From: Camelus dromedarius
Lineage: Eukaryota
Reading direction: 5' to 3'
NCBI RefSeq assembly: GCF_036321535.1
Contig: NC_087437.1
Location: 25,298,001-25,362,000 of the forward strand
DNA: 64,000 nucleotides
The number at the start of each line of letters is the position of its first letter. Positions within the stretch are counted from its first letter, which is position 1. Shown piece by piece: positions 23,766 to 36,574 of the stretch. Below the pieces are notes generated by a model that saw nothing but the letters and a program-made list of their open reading frames with translations, did not search any database and was not told the DNA's origin. The position numbers were made by a program, and so were the translations under genes.

Positions 23766-25039
23766 TTCCTCCTTGGGAAATTTGCTACCTTCTAGGCATC
23801 TCCTGGCACAAGGCTGCTCTTTCCTGCTCGCCAATCATACTTTTAGGAAAACTGTTCACTTCTAGAGGCAAGGCTCAGGATATAGTTTACAGGCAGTGGT
23901 AGAAGTCAGAGGAAAACTCCTCAAAGAATATATTTGGATCATTCCACTATAAATGAGGCTTGGCATGTGCTCAATAATCACTACCTCGCTGTAAATCTAA
24001 CTTTGTTGTGAAAATCTGGGGCCTGTAATTACCTTATGGATAGAACATCCAGTGTTTTTTATTACCTATGTGAAGAGATAATCTGAAGATATTTGAGATC
24101 TAGCATTTCTCAGCTTGGGGAATGGTGACAGACAAGGAAACCTTCATTAGCATTTCTATTTTGCACTTCAAATGGAAGGGGGGTGTGTTCAAAACTGAGC
24201 CTGCTCGAGGTTTAAAGCATCCCTTAATTATATGTTTGGTAATGCCTGAAAGGCAGAGGAGTCCCAGAAAAAGAAAAGAGCGCTGACTAAATACCCATGC
24301 CTTTGGAGGGTGAATGGGGAGAGCGCAAAGAATCTTAAATCTCGGGGTGGAAGGAGGCTGCAAAGGTGACTTATTCTTTTCCATGCCTTCACCTTGGTGA
24401 GGACAGGAGAGAGGCAAGGGCGAGGGAGAGGTAAAAGACTACGAAAAAGGTCCCAGAGTGATGGGGTGCTGTCCTCTTTTGAATGGCCCTCTTCCTAGGC
24501 GACCCACAGCCTTCCTGACAGGCTGTCCCAGCAGCTACTGATGGCCCACATTCATTTTTCTCATGTCACCTAAATAGCTCAGAGTTAATTATTCATTCTG
24601 TTTGTGCTATTAATGATAAGCCACTTATAAAGACTAGTTTAATTTCTAAAAGACATAGGGCAAACTTAGATGGAAGTGGCAGGTACAGAGACTTTGAGAA
24701 ATCTTATTTCTTTCTTTGCCATTCTTTTTTGCTTTACACAAACCCTTTCTTTTTCTTTTGCTTCTTCCTCCCTTTTCCTCATTTATAATCTTATTTCACA
24801 CCTACAGTGTTACTTTCTGTTTGTGTTAATAGCAGGATAATATGGATTTCAAAGCCTTTTGCAATATGCTTTTTGTGAATTTAGAAATTAAAGTAGGTAT
24901 CTGAATATCTAGAAGTAGCCAGTATTTCCAAGAAATATCTAATATTAGGATGTTTCTAATATTAGAAATATCTAATACTAGAATGATACTTGCTATTACA
25001 AAACTTTTCTTGTAAATTGCCTAGATTAAAAACAAATGG

Positions 25040-25591
25040 CCAAGACATGGAAACAACCTAAATGTCCACTGACAGATGACTAGATAAAGAAGCTGTGGTA
25101 TATTTATACAATGGAATACTACTCAGCCATAAAATATAATAAAATAATGCCATTTGCAGCAACATGGATGGATCTGGAGAATGTCATTCTAAGTGAAGTA
25201 AGTCAGAAAGAGAAAGAAAAATACCATATGATGTCACTCATACGTAGAATCTAAAAAAAAAAAAAAGACAAATGAACTTATATATAAAACAGAAACAGGC
25301 TCACAGACACAGAAAAGAAACTTATGTTTACCAGTAGGGAAGGGGGTGGGAAGGGATAAATTGGGAGTTCGAAATTTGCAGATACTGAATCGTATATATA
25401 AAATAGATAAACAAATTTATACTGTGTAGCACAGGGAACTATATTTGATATCTTGTAGTAGCTTATGATGATAAAGAATATAAAAACGAATATATGTATA
25501 TTCATGTATGACTGAAGCGTTGTGCTGTACACCAGAAATTGACACAACATTGTAAACTGACTGTACTTCAGTTCCAAAAAAGAAAACCAGG
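25040..25591 (+). mobile_element. Young camelid-type L1, 5'-truncated 3' end
   Basis: ccaagacatggaaacaacctaaatgtcc...gcagcaacatggatggatctggag...acattgtaaactgactgtacttca; 11-bp TSD aaaacaaatgg (25029-25039 / 25592-25602). Confidence 0.92.
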
Positions 25592-26045
25592 AAAACAAAT
25601 GGGAAAGCCTTCTAGAGAAAATTGACTTTATCATGTTATTCTTATCAGCGTCCTGCAGACACTGGCCACCCACATCCTCTCACTGTCACCAACCTGCCCC
25701 TGCCCCCATCCCTCACTGTACTCTCCCCTTCTTTCTGCTCAGCGTCTCCTTCTCTGGCCACCACCAGACACCTGTCTTCTCCTAACAGCCTCCACACTCA
25801 CTGTCCGACACACGGAGCTTCACTTTTTGTACTTTTCTCGTGCCTCTCATTTCCTTTGCACCTCATCCTACCTTTCCCTGACCCTTCCTGGGGTAGTTAT
25901 TCAAGCATGACTCTGTCCTGATTCAGCTGCAGAATATAACCTGTCATCTACTTCTCCTAAAAAATTCAATAGTGATTCAAAAGAAATAAAGTAATTGTAA
26001 GAGAGAGAGATTGCCTGGAGGAGATACAGTTCTTTGAGTCTAGAC

Positions 26046-26150
26046 CTGTGATTATTAATCCTTTTTCAGTCATGGAGTCCTTTGAGGATCTGCTGAAAAC
26101 TAGGAATGTTTCTTCAGAAAACTACACACGATTGTGTACATATACAAATC
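26046..26150. mobile_element. hAT non-autonomous DNA transposon fragment (MER103-like)
   Basis: tttttcagtcatggagtcctttgaggatctgctgaaaactagg...cttcagaaaactacacac. Confidence 0.5.
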
Positions 26151-26419
26151 AGGACGTGCGGCTCGCTAACACAGTTAGGCACTTCTTTTCTGGGTGAGCT
26201 GAATTACATCTTGGAGGAAGACTGCCAGCTAGAAATCATTGTTTGTGAACAGCATCATCTCTGTGATTTCAGAACTGATCTCACTGAGCTGCTCCCTAAT
26301 GGTAAGCCCACGAGGCACAATTGAAAACACCTTAAGAGCATCACACAGGAAGCTTGTGATTGGAGTCAAAGAGGAACTATTGCTGAGAAGTGCGGCCACC
26401 GACTCACACCTCCTTCAGT

Positions 26420-26820
26420 TTCAGAAACGCCTCTGTCTCACCCCCAGGAAGCCCCGCCAGGCACTCTCCCGCATGTGACCTCTGCTGCCTGCCCTTGCTC
26501 CTCCAGAGATCAGTAGAGCTGACGCCTAAGGTTGACTTTCACCTTCTGGAGGCCCTTCCTTAACGACCACTTTCTTGGTGAGGCCGCCCCATTTGAGAGG
26601 CGAAAGGACTCCCACTCCACACACAACTCCTGGTTCTCTTCTTTGCTTTACTGTCCCTTATAGCACTTTTGAAATCTACAATACTCTGTGATTTATTTAC
26701 TTTATTGCCTGGCTCCACCCACTGAATGGGAGAATGTTCTGTTTTGTACACTGGTCAACCTCCAACCCCAAGAATAGTGCTTGGCACATAGGAGATGCTC
26801 AGATAGTTGGTGGATGAGAA
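26420..26820 (+). mobile_element. LINE L2 3' fragment
   Basis: tcaccttctggaggcccttcct...aagaatagtgcttggcacataggagatgctcagatagttggtggatga. Confidence 0.75.
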
Positions 26821-27176
26821 AATGGACCAAGAGATGAATGTATCCCTCTATTTGTTGCCTACCAGAAAGCTCAGGATAAAATTTTCAGTTGATTGATATA
26901 ACGCTTTCAGAACTTTGTGGTATGCATTTTCTATATTCACCTTACTTCTGACTTCATTTTTTTCCCACCCTTTTATGTCCTTCCCCTCATTGTCGCAGTC
27001 ACGTATTTTGTACTTTTTGTATGTGTTATATATAATTTGATCAACCCCTTCAAATCTGTTTTAAAGGAGGCATGGGATTAATGTGATAATTTTTTTTTCT
27101 TTCTTCACTGTTATCTCCTCTTTTCACTTTTTTCCCTCTATCTGTATATTTAAAAATATTTCTCCTGCTATTTTCT

Positions 27177-27634
27177 TTTTTTTTAATTGAAGTATAGTTA
27201 TTTACAATGTTGTGCTAGTTTCTGGTGTACAGCATAATGATTCCGTTTTACATATATATTATTTTTCATATTCTTTTTTCATTATAGGTTATTACAAGCT
27301 ACTGAATATAGTTTCCTGTGCTATCCAGTAGGACCTTGTTGTTTATGTATTTTGTATATAGTAGTTTGTATCTGCTAATGCCAAACTCTTAATTTACCCC
27401 CCGACCCCACTTTTCCCTTTGGTAACCGTAAGTTTGTTTTCTATGTCTGTGAGTGTTTCTAATTTGTAAATAAGTTCACTTGTATCACTTTTACTAACAT
27501 TCCACATAAAAGTGATATCACATGATATTTGTCTTTCTCTGTCTGACTTAACCTCACTTAGTACGATAATCCCTAGGTCCATCCATGTTGCTGCAAAGGC
27601 ATTATTTTATTCTTTTTTATGGCTGAGCAGTATT

Positions 27635-27669
<35 letters not shown>

Positions 27670-27933
27670 TATATATATACTACAACTCCTTTACCAGTCA
27701 CCTGTTGATGGACATTTAAGTAGTTTCCATGTCTTGGCTATTGTAAATAGTGCTGCTGTGAACATTGAGGTACAGGTGTCTTTTTGAATTAGAGTTTTCT
27801 CCAGATGCATGCCCAGGAGTGGGATTGCTGGATCACAGGGTAAGTCTATTTTTAGTTTTTTGAGGAATCTCCATACTGGGTATGGAGACTGGGAACCTTC
27901 CTTTTCCACACCCTCTCCAGTATCTATCGTTTG
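27177..27933 (-). mobile_element. Cetartiodactyl-type L1, 5'-truncated 3' end, containing a (CA)n tract
   Basis: Poly-T, then attgaagtatagttatttacaatgttgtg...ggtccatccatgttgctgcaaa...gcccaggagtgggattgctggatc; TSD ctcctgctattttct (27162-27176) / ctcccactattttct (27934-27948). Confidence 0.92.
27638..27680. repeat. (CA)n(TA)n microsatellite inside L1
   Basis: Directly visible. Confidence 0.9.
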
Positions 27934-28869
27934 CTCCCACTATTTTCTATTCTTTCCACTATTTTGCTTTTTCTTTTTTTTTCGTTTTCTTATATATAGA
28001 AACATGTATCCTAACATGTAAGTGAACATGGTGGTCTGTAGATAAGACAGATATCCCTGAATCTGTGTTACTTTGCACATATGTGGTCTATGGAGGATAT
28101 ATTTGTGAATATTTGTCTTTTCTGGAAAGTTTTTTCAGACATGGAGAAATTTATGTAAATCTGTAGTAACAGCTGTACTATAGATACAGTAACAGGTTCT
28201 GCACAGTGAAATTTTTATTTCTAGGCTTAACTGAAAATAAAATCTGCTTTTCTAATATCCTGGTGAAAATTATTATCCAAAGGTGTCCCCTCCTTCTTGT
28301 GTGACTCAGTGAGGTGTGTTTCTAAAAATGTCTCCACCAAAGTGCCCATGATGGCAAATGGAGAGAGTGAGGGTGTGCCAGCAGGACTTTTATTTTAAGA
28401 TTTGTTTTCTCTTAAGAATACATATGCAGTTGGCTTTCTGCTACATATGTAAGGATAATATTTTACATCACTTCTCATTGAGAAAAATGGACTGTCCGTG
28501 AGCATGCATCAGGTGGGTCCCGGACTTGCAGTACTCATCCAGCACCCCGCTAGAGAGGAATTCAGGGGCTCGTGAATTCCATGGGATCGAGAATATCAGC
28601 AATAGAAGATGCACTGCCTGTTCTAATTACTATTGTTAAGTCTCTAAATACTTCTGCTATTTGAAATTAATTTTTGAAAATTGTCTTTAATTTGATAAAC
28701 TCGTTCTGGGTCCAGCACCCTTGTTACCTCTTCTATGACCATGATCCTTTATCTAAATCCCACGATGGGGAGTCATTGCAGCTTCTCCTGAAAAGCAAGT
28801 GGACTGATACTCACTAAGATCACAAAACATAAAAGACCTGACTGAGGAATATGAAGGAGGGGTAGAAGG

Positions 28870-29075
28870 CTAGCATTTACTGAATTCCTATAATATACCA
28901 GCTTGTGCATAAATGGTATTATTTAATGTTGGCACCAATTCCATGAGATTTCTAACGTTATTCTCAAATGAGGAAGCATAAGCTAGGTGCTGAATAGCTT
29001 GTCCTGATTCACACTGCTAGAGAGTGGCAAAGACATTTAGATGTTTAAGTTTGTTTAGTTTCAAAATCCATAAAT
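28870..29075 (-). mobile_element. MIR SINE
   Basis: tagcatttactgaattcctataat...caaatgaggaagcataagc...ttgtcctgattcacactgctagagagtggcaaag. Confidence 0.7.
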
Positions 29076-30339
29076 TTTTATGATATCCAGGTCACCTCTT
29101 TGGTCTTGATAGCATTTGCGTCTCTTCAGGAGAGAAAAACAAATGGCCCTATTAATTCTAAAACTAGAAATGTTAATCAGTATTGATACAGATTTTGTAC
29201 TTTAGTGAGTTTTAATCAACGAAGGAATCGCTTTGTAAGCCGGCTGTATTTCTTTGGAACAGTTTTTCTCTATGCTGTTTTCTATTCACCGTAGAAGTAG
29301 CACGTCACTGAAGAATGAAAAGTTGGAATGGAAGGCATTGCTGCTTCATGACTAGTAGCTCCAGATCCTCTGGGCAGCCCAAGTTGCTGCCAGACTCCTT
29401 ACATCTGTATGTGCATCTGGAATTGGCTGAAAGTTGAGTCATGTGTCTCATGGAAACATATAATGATACGTTTTCTGTCATTTTTTTCAAATGTAAGAAG
29501 AGACTATCACCAGTTATAAATACACACACCATTAAACATTTTACTGAATTCAGAGTAGTTTTTGGACCGTGAGTATTTTCCTCATTTGATATAATTGGTG
29601 ACAAAGACACAACCAAAATTTTTATTTCATTGTAGAAAGAGGTTTTAGGGCTGATAATGGTTGGGGACTCTAGAATTTTTTTTTTTAAGAAGGAATTTTG
29701 TTTCATGTGGTTTTCAGAAGTACACTAAATTTGCTCTTATACTATACCGCATTTTATCTATCACTGGAAACATTCTGAAGTACATGGTGGATTTAATCCT
29801 ATTAATCTTTGGAAATATGATGAGTGGTTTAGTTTCTGATTTTCATAATCAGCCACTCCAGATGTAAGATACTACTGCCTTATAGGGACATCTGCTGGCA
29901 GATAAATAAAGGTTTGGGACAATCAAATGCTGTCTTCTCAGTGTCTGCCAGGGCATCACTCTGAGGCTACAGCCACCCTCCTGTGCATCTGCTTCAGATA
30001 CTGCATGGCTGTTAAAATCCTAAATATTCTATCGTTTCATGGTCCAGTTCTTCTCAGGTCACATAAAACTTGCCTTTATTACACACATGCCTTGTTCCCA
30101 CAAAAGATCCCAGATGTATTTAATTTTTTTTTCCAGATTGACCATATATTATCCTGAAAACCTCAGGCTTTCTGGAAGCTCCTGCGCTCTGGGGCAGATG
30201 GCATGAAAATTGCAGCACTTGGAGTACCCGCTCTCCACCATAAGCCACCCCCTGTTCTGCTACCTGCCTTAGATCCCCAGATCCCCACGATCATCTGATA
30301 CACACAAGGAGAAAGAAAAGCCACGCTCTTTTGGTTCCC

Positions 30340-31440
30340 AAATTACAGGAACAAAAGTTAAATCAATTTGATAATGTTATAAACATCTTAAACTTCCAGG
30401 CTTTAATTTTTCTCATGAGGTGGGGCGGGGGAAAGCATCTTAATAATTGTATCACTGAGTTGAAATGCTCCTCTTCCACTCAGAAACACAATTTTTCCCA
30501 GCAATAATTAGCTGCAGCTAATTAATTATCGCCTTTCATTTGAAAAGGGATTACCTGGTGAAAGTAAAGCAACCAGTAGTATGATTTCTACTAAACTTAA
30601 CCATCACCAGAAAGATGAAATAATTTATTTCCTTGTGGTGTCTCACTGAACAAGGATCACCTTCATAATCCGTCTTTGGAAAAGCAGAACTGTGTTAAAT
30701 CATATATTGTAGACTTAAAATTAAATTGCCCATAAAAGTCAATATTACCAAGAGTACAGTGTAGTAGCTTATTCATGCCACTTCTTTAAACTCACTGCAC
30801 ATTAATGTGCTAATGTGATGGAAAATAAAGAATCATCACGTGCCTTCCCAGTGCTTTTTTTCTCTATTGTTTACATATGTATATTTTTAACCGAATAGAA
30901 GATTGTTTCATCAGCTAAGGCATTCCCTGCCAAAACAAATGACATAATCATTAACTAATTACAACTAAATAATAGCATTGCACATTTTGACAGGTTAACG
31001 CGCATTCTGTTAAGAGTTGAAAGTTCAAGAAAGAATAATAAAGCTACTACTCTAACAAAATCCTCAGATGCCAATATGGGAAATAAACTCTTGCAGGGTT
31101 TTCACCGACCATGTGTCTTTCTTTTTCCCCCTTGCTCTCATTGTGTAAAACACATTTGAGTTTATATTAACATTTTAAAATAATCCACTAAGCAATCAAC
31201 TCATTTTTACAGATTTTATCTAATCATAAATCATTGAATCTACTGACATTCACAGTTTCAACATGCTGAAATCACTGTTTTGGCTGTTTCCCCCATTATC
31301 AATGAAGCAGCAAGATACACACAGTGACTCTCAGATGTGAAAAGAATGAGGAAAACCAGTGTTTTCACATGTAATCTGGTTCGTTTGAAAAACCAAAAAC
31401 AAAACACAAAGACATGCCTGAAATGGCACGTTAACAATAC
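30340..31440. promoter_or_regulatory. Candidate conserved non-coding element / enhancer
   Basis: No recognisable repeat over ~1.1 kb; many TAAT/ATTA sites; perfect palindromes TAATTAGCTGCAGCTAATTA (30505-30524) and GCACATTAATGTGC (30797-30810). Confidence 0.4.
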
Positions 31441-32865
31441 TGTCTCCGAAGATCTTCATAGCTTAACTGAAGAATAATGGGGGGGGGGGGGATTAATGTA
31501 AAATTAAATTGCCTACTTTATGATTTCTTACACAATGACTCAAATATTTTTGACTATATTAGGGTCTGTTCCTAATCTCCTCACACATATTACATCAAAA
31601 TTCTTCTGAAAAGCGAAGGAAAACAAAAAAAATAGAGAATCTCTTTCTAAACCCTGTCCGTTAGCAAGCTCATAAAAGGACACTTAAAGAACATGGTCCC
31701 CAGTGTTGTAGGTACTATAAACTGTTAAAGCCCATGATGTGACTGCAGGAGGAGTCCCTACATCTCAAACAGCATGAACAGCTATAGAATATTAAGTTGT
31801 TGTTATTTTTCACTTACTGATTGTAGCTACAGAACATTTCCCCCTTAATTCTACTATCATGAAACTTAATACTAGACTTAAGAAGTTGGCCAAAGAAGTT
31901 GGCCAGTTTGCTGCTAAAGAAATGAGGAAAGACAGGGTATATATCAAAGACGATTAAGAGGTTTTGCACTAAACACTGAAAACCAATTACAGTATAATAG
32001 AAGTAGTAAGTCATTTAATACATCACTTTTTGCAACTTGGGTATGGAGCAATAAAATTTGTTCAACAAATGACTGTACATTTTTGTTGTGAAGACAAATG
32101 AATCATTATTTAGGATGCATACACCAGAAGGGAGTTAAAAAGGAAAAAATGTTAACATCAGAAGGTGGAATGAGATCTACACATTAAAGGGTAGTATTAG
32201 TAGTGCAAACTACAAAAAAATATAGAAAGAATTTAAATTATTTACCTTTCTAGTTTGGCACAAATGTCCTACAGCTAATTATCATGAGATACTGCCTGGA
32301 AATTAACTAGTCATGTTGTGTTTCTATCTCCAGATTTACAATTAGTAATGCTATTAATGTGGTTCCTGTACTTAGCGTTACTAATTATATTGCTATGAAC
32401 TAATGGTGTTAAAAATAGCAATAGCCATCAACTACCAATTAATGCTTAATGAGAGCATATAAACCCTGGCATTGTAATGAATTTCAAAATTATTGTTGCT
32501 TGTGTTCCTCTTGTAATCGTGCAAAAATGGGTGTAACCAGTAACCACTGAAGTAGGGCATTGATTGAAAGCATAGTTACCACATCATTGCTGGAAAATCA
32601 AGAAATAAATGGCTCCTTGAAGGAATATAAATTCTATTTAACCCTTAGAATTCAACCCACAGGTTTTAGGGAAGAATCTTTCCTGGATACACAATATAAA
32701 AAATAACTGAGACACAATTTGCAAAGATGTTGTTTGACATCTATGAATAAAAAAGGAAATGCTTTAAAAATTTTTTGTCGAGGAGTTTTTATTCAACAAA
32801 TCACCTCTCCTAGAATTTATATAAGGCAGAACATCCCAGAAGACAGATTTAAGATAGGAATACCC

Positions 32866-33248
32866 TATATTAGCTAGGATAGGCTAGGTTATGCTGCAGT
32901 AACAAATCCTGTCAGTACCTAACATACAAAAGTTTATTTCTTGCTCACATTTTATGCCCAGCCCAGTCACTTAGGGACTACTGCCCACTACAGTTACTCA
33001 CAAACTCAGGCCTTAAGAAATTCCACCCTGTCATGTATTCCTGTTATCTTTAGAGGGAACTTGGACAATTGTGCCCTCTCTGTTACTTCTATGCAGAAGT
33101 GACTTAAGATGATATTTTATTGGAGAAAACAAATCACATGATTATGTCTAAGTTTAAAGTGATGAAGAATGGTAACCAGAAAAAGAATAACAGAAACATA
33201 AATGCACTGCCTCATATTTAGTTCTTTGGCACTGTTTTAATGACTACA
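32866..33248 (-). mobile_element. MaLR solo LTR (MLT1K/L-like)
   Basis: tattagctaggataggctaggttatgctgcagtaacaaa...aaagtttatttcttgctcac...cagaagtgac...aatgactaca. Confidence 0.8.
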
Positions 33249-36200
33249 GCAAGAAGACGTTGTCTATGGAGAACTTCACTAGAGAACTACCTAGTGGTGG
33301 GAGAACACTGGTAGAATACCAAAATACCTCTTTGAGTCTCCAGAAATATATTCTTTGACCTAGTCACTAAAAAGTCATTTCCAACCATGGGTTAGTGGAT
33401 TACCCTATTAGTACACAGTGTTGCAGTATATTAAATGCAAGTGTATATTTTCAACTTCAGATACGCACTTATCTCTGAAGGTGAGAAAAGTAGTTAGTAG
33501 GTAGTTGAGTAATAGGTGAGTTATTTATGCCACTATTTACACATCAGAATACATGATCCAGGCTGACTAGTAAAAGTTATCATACTAGTCCAGGAGGAGT
33601 TACATGGGCCTGAAGCCTGGGTCAGCAGAGGGTGGTTCCTGGAAAACAGATCTCCTCTCACACACAAACGTAGAAAGGACTGAGGAATTTGCTAAGGCTG
33701 TTTGGTTCTTGAACCCGGGTGCAGGCAGGCATGTGGCCAGAGCCCCTGTGCAGTTGAGGGGAGCTCTCAGGAGGATATAAAAATCTCTGAAAAGTTGAAA
33801 TAAGGAGGGCTCCTAGCACCTGACAGCTCCCTCACCCCACACAGATGGTCTTCTGAGTGGCCCACCATGTCCCTCTGGGACCTGAGGGTTTGCAAAGCAG
33901 TTCCTCACTCTGCGTCACGCTGTGTTAACGCCTGCTCTACTTAATCTCTGCAAAGGTTTCTCCATCTTGTATTATTAAAGAAATTGTACATCTTTAGGAT
34001 GTATCTGTTGGTGTCCTTCTGTCAATCACAATACTCCTTATTGTGACAGTAATGCAATTTATGACACGAACTTTTAAGAAAATATAAAGAATGTAAGTAA
34101 GCTGAACAAATCGTCATTAATTTTTTAAAACAGTTTTCTAAGGCTAGTAATCAACTGGTAAAAGTCCTGCTTCATGTGCACAAGCCAGTAAAATTATATT
34201 TACATCTAGGATGTTACTCAAAATATTTAACAGCTAGTATAGCTCTGGCACGGACCCTACAGAACAGATGTCATCTAAAAACAGCTAGTACTGAAGGGCA
34301 GCATTCAGATACCAGCCCTATTTACAACCATCTGTGAATGATAAGCACAAAAATTAAAAATTAAAATGTCCATTATTCAGTGACTGGTATATAAATGCTT
34401 CTCTGGCAGGTTCTCAAATTGTCTAGAGACATTGCTAAAATAAATAACAATTGTATTAAATTACTTATCTCTTTCCTCAGAATTTCCAATACAAATAGAA
34501 TTGATGATAATATATTGGCAGCACCTGGGAGAAATACTGCAATATTGATGCTCTTCAAATTAGGAATTTGAATATTCCTAAACTTGTTTACTTTGTATGT
34601 GCATTTATTTATATCTCACCTTGTTTTATGTAAACTTTGGAGAGATGGTAAAATTTGATTAATAAGAACTTCACTGACTGCACTAAATAATATTTGAAAA
34701 TGTTGAGTAAAACATTATACAACCTGAGATAAATATATTTATGTCATACTGAGAAATATGTTAAGTACTGCATTTATAAGTGGCACAAGTGATGTTCAAC
34801 AAAGTTAATAATATATCTTTACAGATATTTTGTAATTTTCTCCACCTCAAAATCCCTTATTTTCACCTATATGTTTTACAGTACATCTAGCAAATATCTA
34901 GTAAAATTTTGAGCCCAAAACCATTTGAGTTTAATTTTTCAAAAAAAGTAAATAATATCATTGACTATGTTTTCACTTCCATTTGTGTTCTCCCCAAAGA
35001 TAAAAGTGAAAGATTCCAGTTTGATCTCTGTACCTATATAATCCTTGACCTCTTTATTCATCACAGAAACATTTATGCTAATTAAAATAATATTTTTATG
35101 TAGCTTATTCTAATTAATTTCAGAGTTACAGAATAGTAGTTTGCATATAAGAGGAAGAGATGTCATCAAACAATTGAGTAAGTCTTTACAGTTGAGCTTT
35201 CTTATTGTATTTCTTTAGAAAATTCAACTATTGGGTAAATTTTAATTCCCAGGAGTCCTGCAGCAAATTATCTGTATTATTAATATTTCGGTCTTTCACT
35301 GATGTCCCAACTTTATCTTAATGAATTTGAGTTTATAATTACAGTTTATTTCTATGTTGTTTCTTCATGTCAATTTATAATATCTAATCTTTCTATTGAT
35401 ATTTCTATTTGTACATTATTTGCAATTCATCACAGAAGTTGGTATTTCATTACCTGTATATGGGTTTGCGTTCAAATTAAGTCATTAAAATATGATGTGT
35501 GGCTCTAAGAATATGTGTAGCTCTTCTTAATTAAAATAAATATTTTTGTATGAAGTTACATAAGTCATCTAACTCCTTGAACTTTAAGAGGCATACAAGA
35601 TACATACTATCACACTGAATAACTTTGGCATGACAACTGTGTTGAATTTAACCTTTGGATTTAAGATCTATTCCCATTATAATCCATATGTATTGAAATG
35701 TCAGCAAATGTTCATGATCAAAGAGATCATTATGTATATTACATTCACATTACACATTTATCTTTCAAATAGGTCATGCAGAAAGAAGGAATAATAACAT
35801 GAATAAATAAAATCTATATGTGATGATATAAAATATTCATCTTTGCCAGTAGTTCCAGTCTCTATCTCACCAAATCCTCCCCCAAATTGTTAATAAGCAG
35901 CAAAATGGACAAACCCAAAGGTCATGTCCATGCCTTGCCCAAGCTCTAGAGGAAGTGCTAATGAGCACAAAATTAGCCAAAAGTTGGCAGCAGTTACAAG
36001 GAAGGGAAGCAGGGGGCCTGTGGACGATTTGCAAACTAATCAGCTTCTGAGTAATTGGAATTAGGCCACCATCATTTTAAACTTAGTTACATTCCAGTGT
36101 GTGATTTTCCCGTAAGCACCTTTGCTAAGTACTGCATGATATCTATTTCCAATCTTGCCATGCAAATATGTTCACCCATTATGCCTGAAAGATATCATAA

Positions 36201-36574
36201 TGATTTAGCAAAAGCCAATGATGGAAAAATTTAAAAGCACACTTGTAGAGCACCTACTACGTGCCAGGATATATTCAAGGGTCTAAGGATACTGAGATGA
36301 ACAAGATAAATTTTCTTTCTTCCTAACACTTATATTCCAGTGAAGACCTAAAATAAACAAGTAACTAAGTGGTCCCTTGCAGATCATTCTATTGTGGAGC
36401 AACATAATTGAAAATGGTGGTTATGGAATCCATGCTGAGTTGGCCAAGAAGAAAATGGAGGATGCATAAATACAAATGACAAATATACACCACTCAGTCC
36501 AGAAACTCGAGGTTTCTTATTCTAACCCTGTATCTGTGCAATATTTTCTCTACAACTTCTTCCAGACAAGTTAC

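Noticed and set aside
23405..23902. Four overlapping ORFs of 94-128 aa
   Set aside because: They lie mostly in a purine/pyrimidine-skewed L2 fossil that is poor in stop codons; no protein similarity recognised.
31479..31491. G13 homopolymer as a G-quadruplex or regulatory element
   Set aside because: A single mononucleotide run, too short for a canonical four-tract G4; may be length-unstable or error-prone in assembly.
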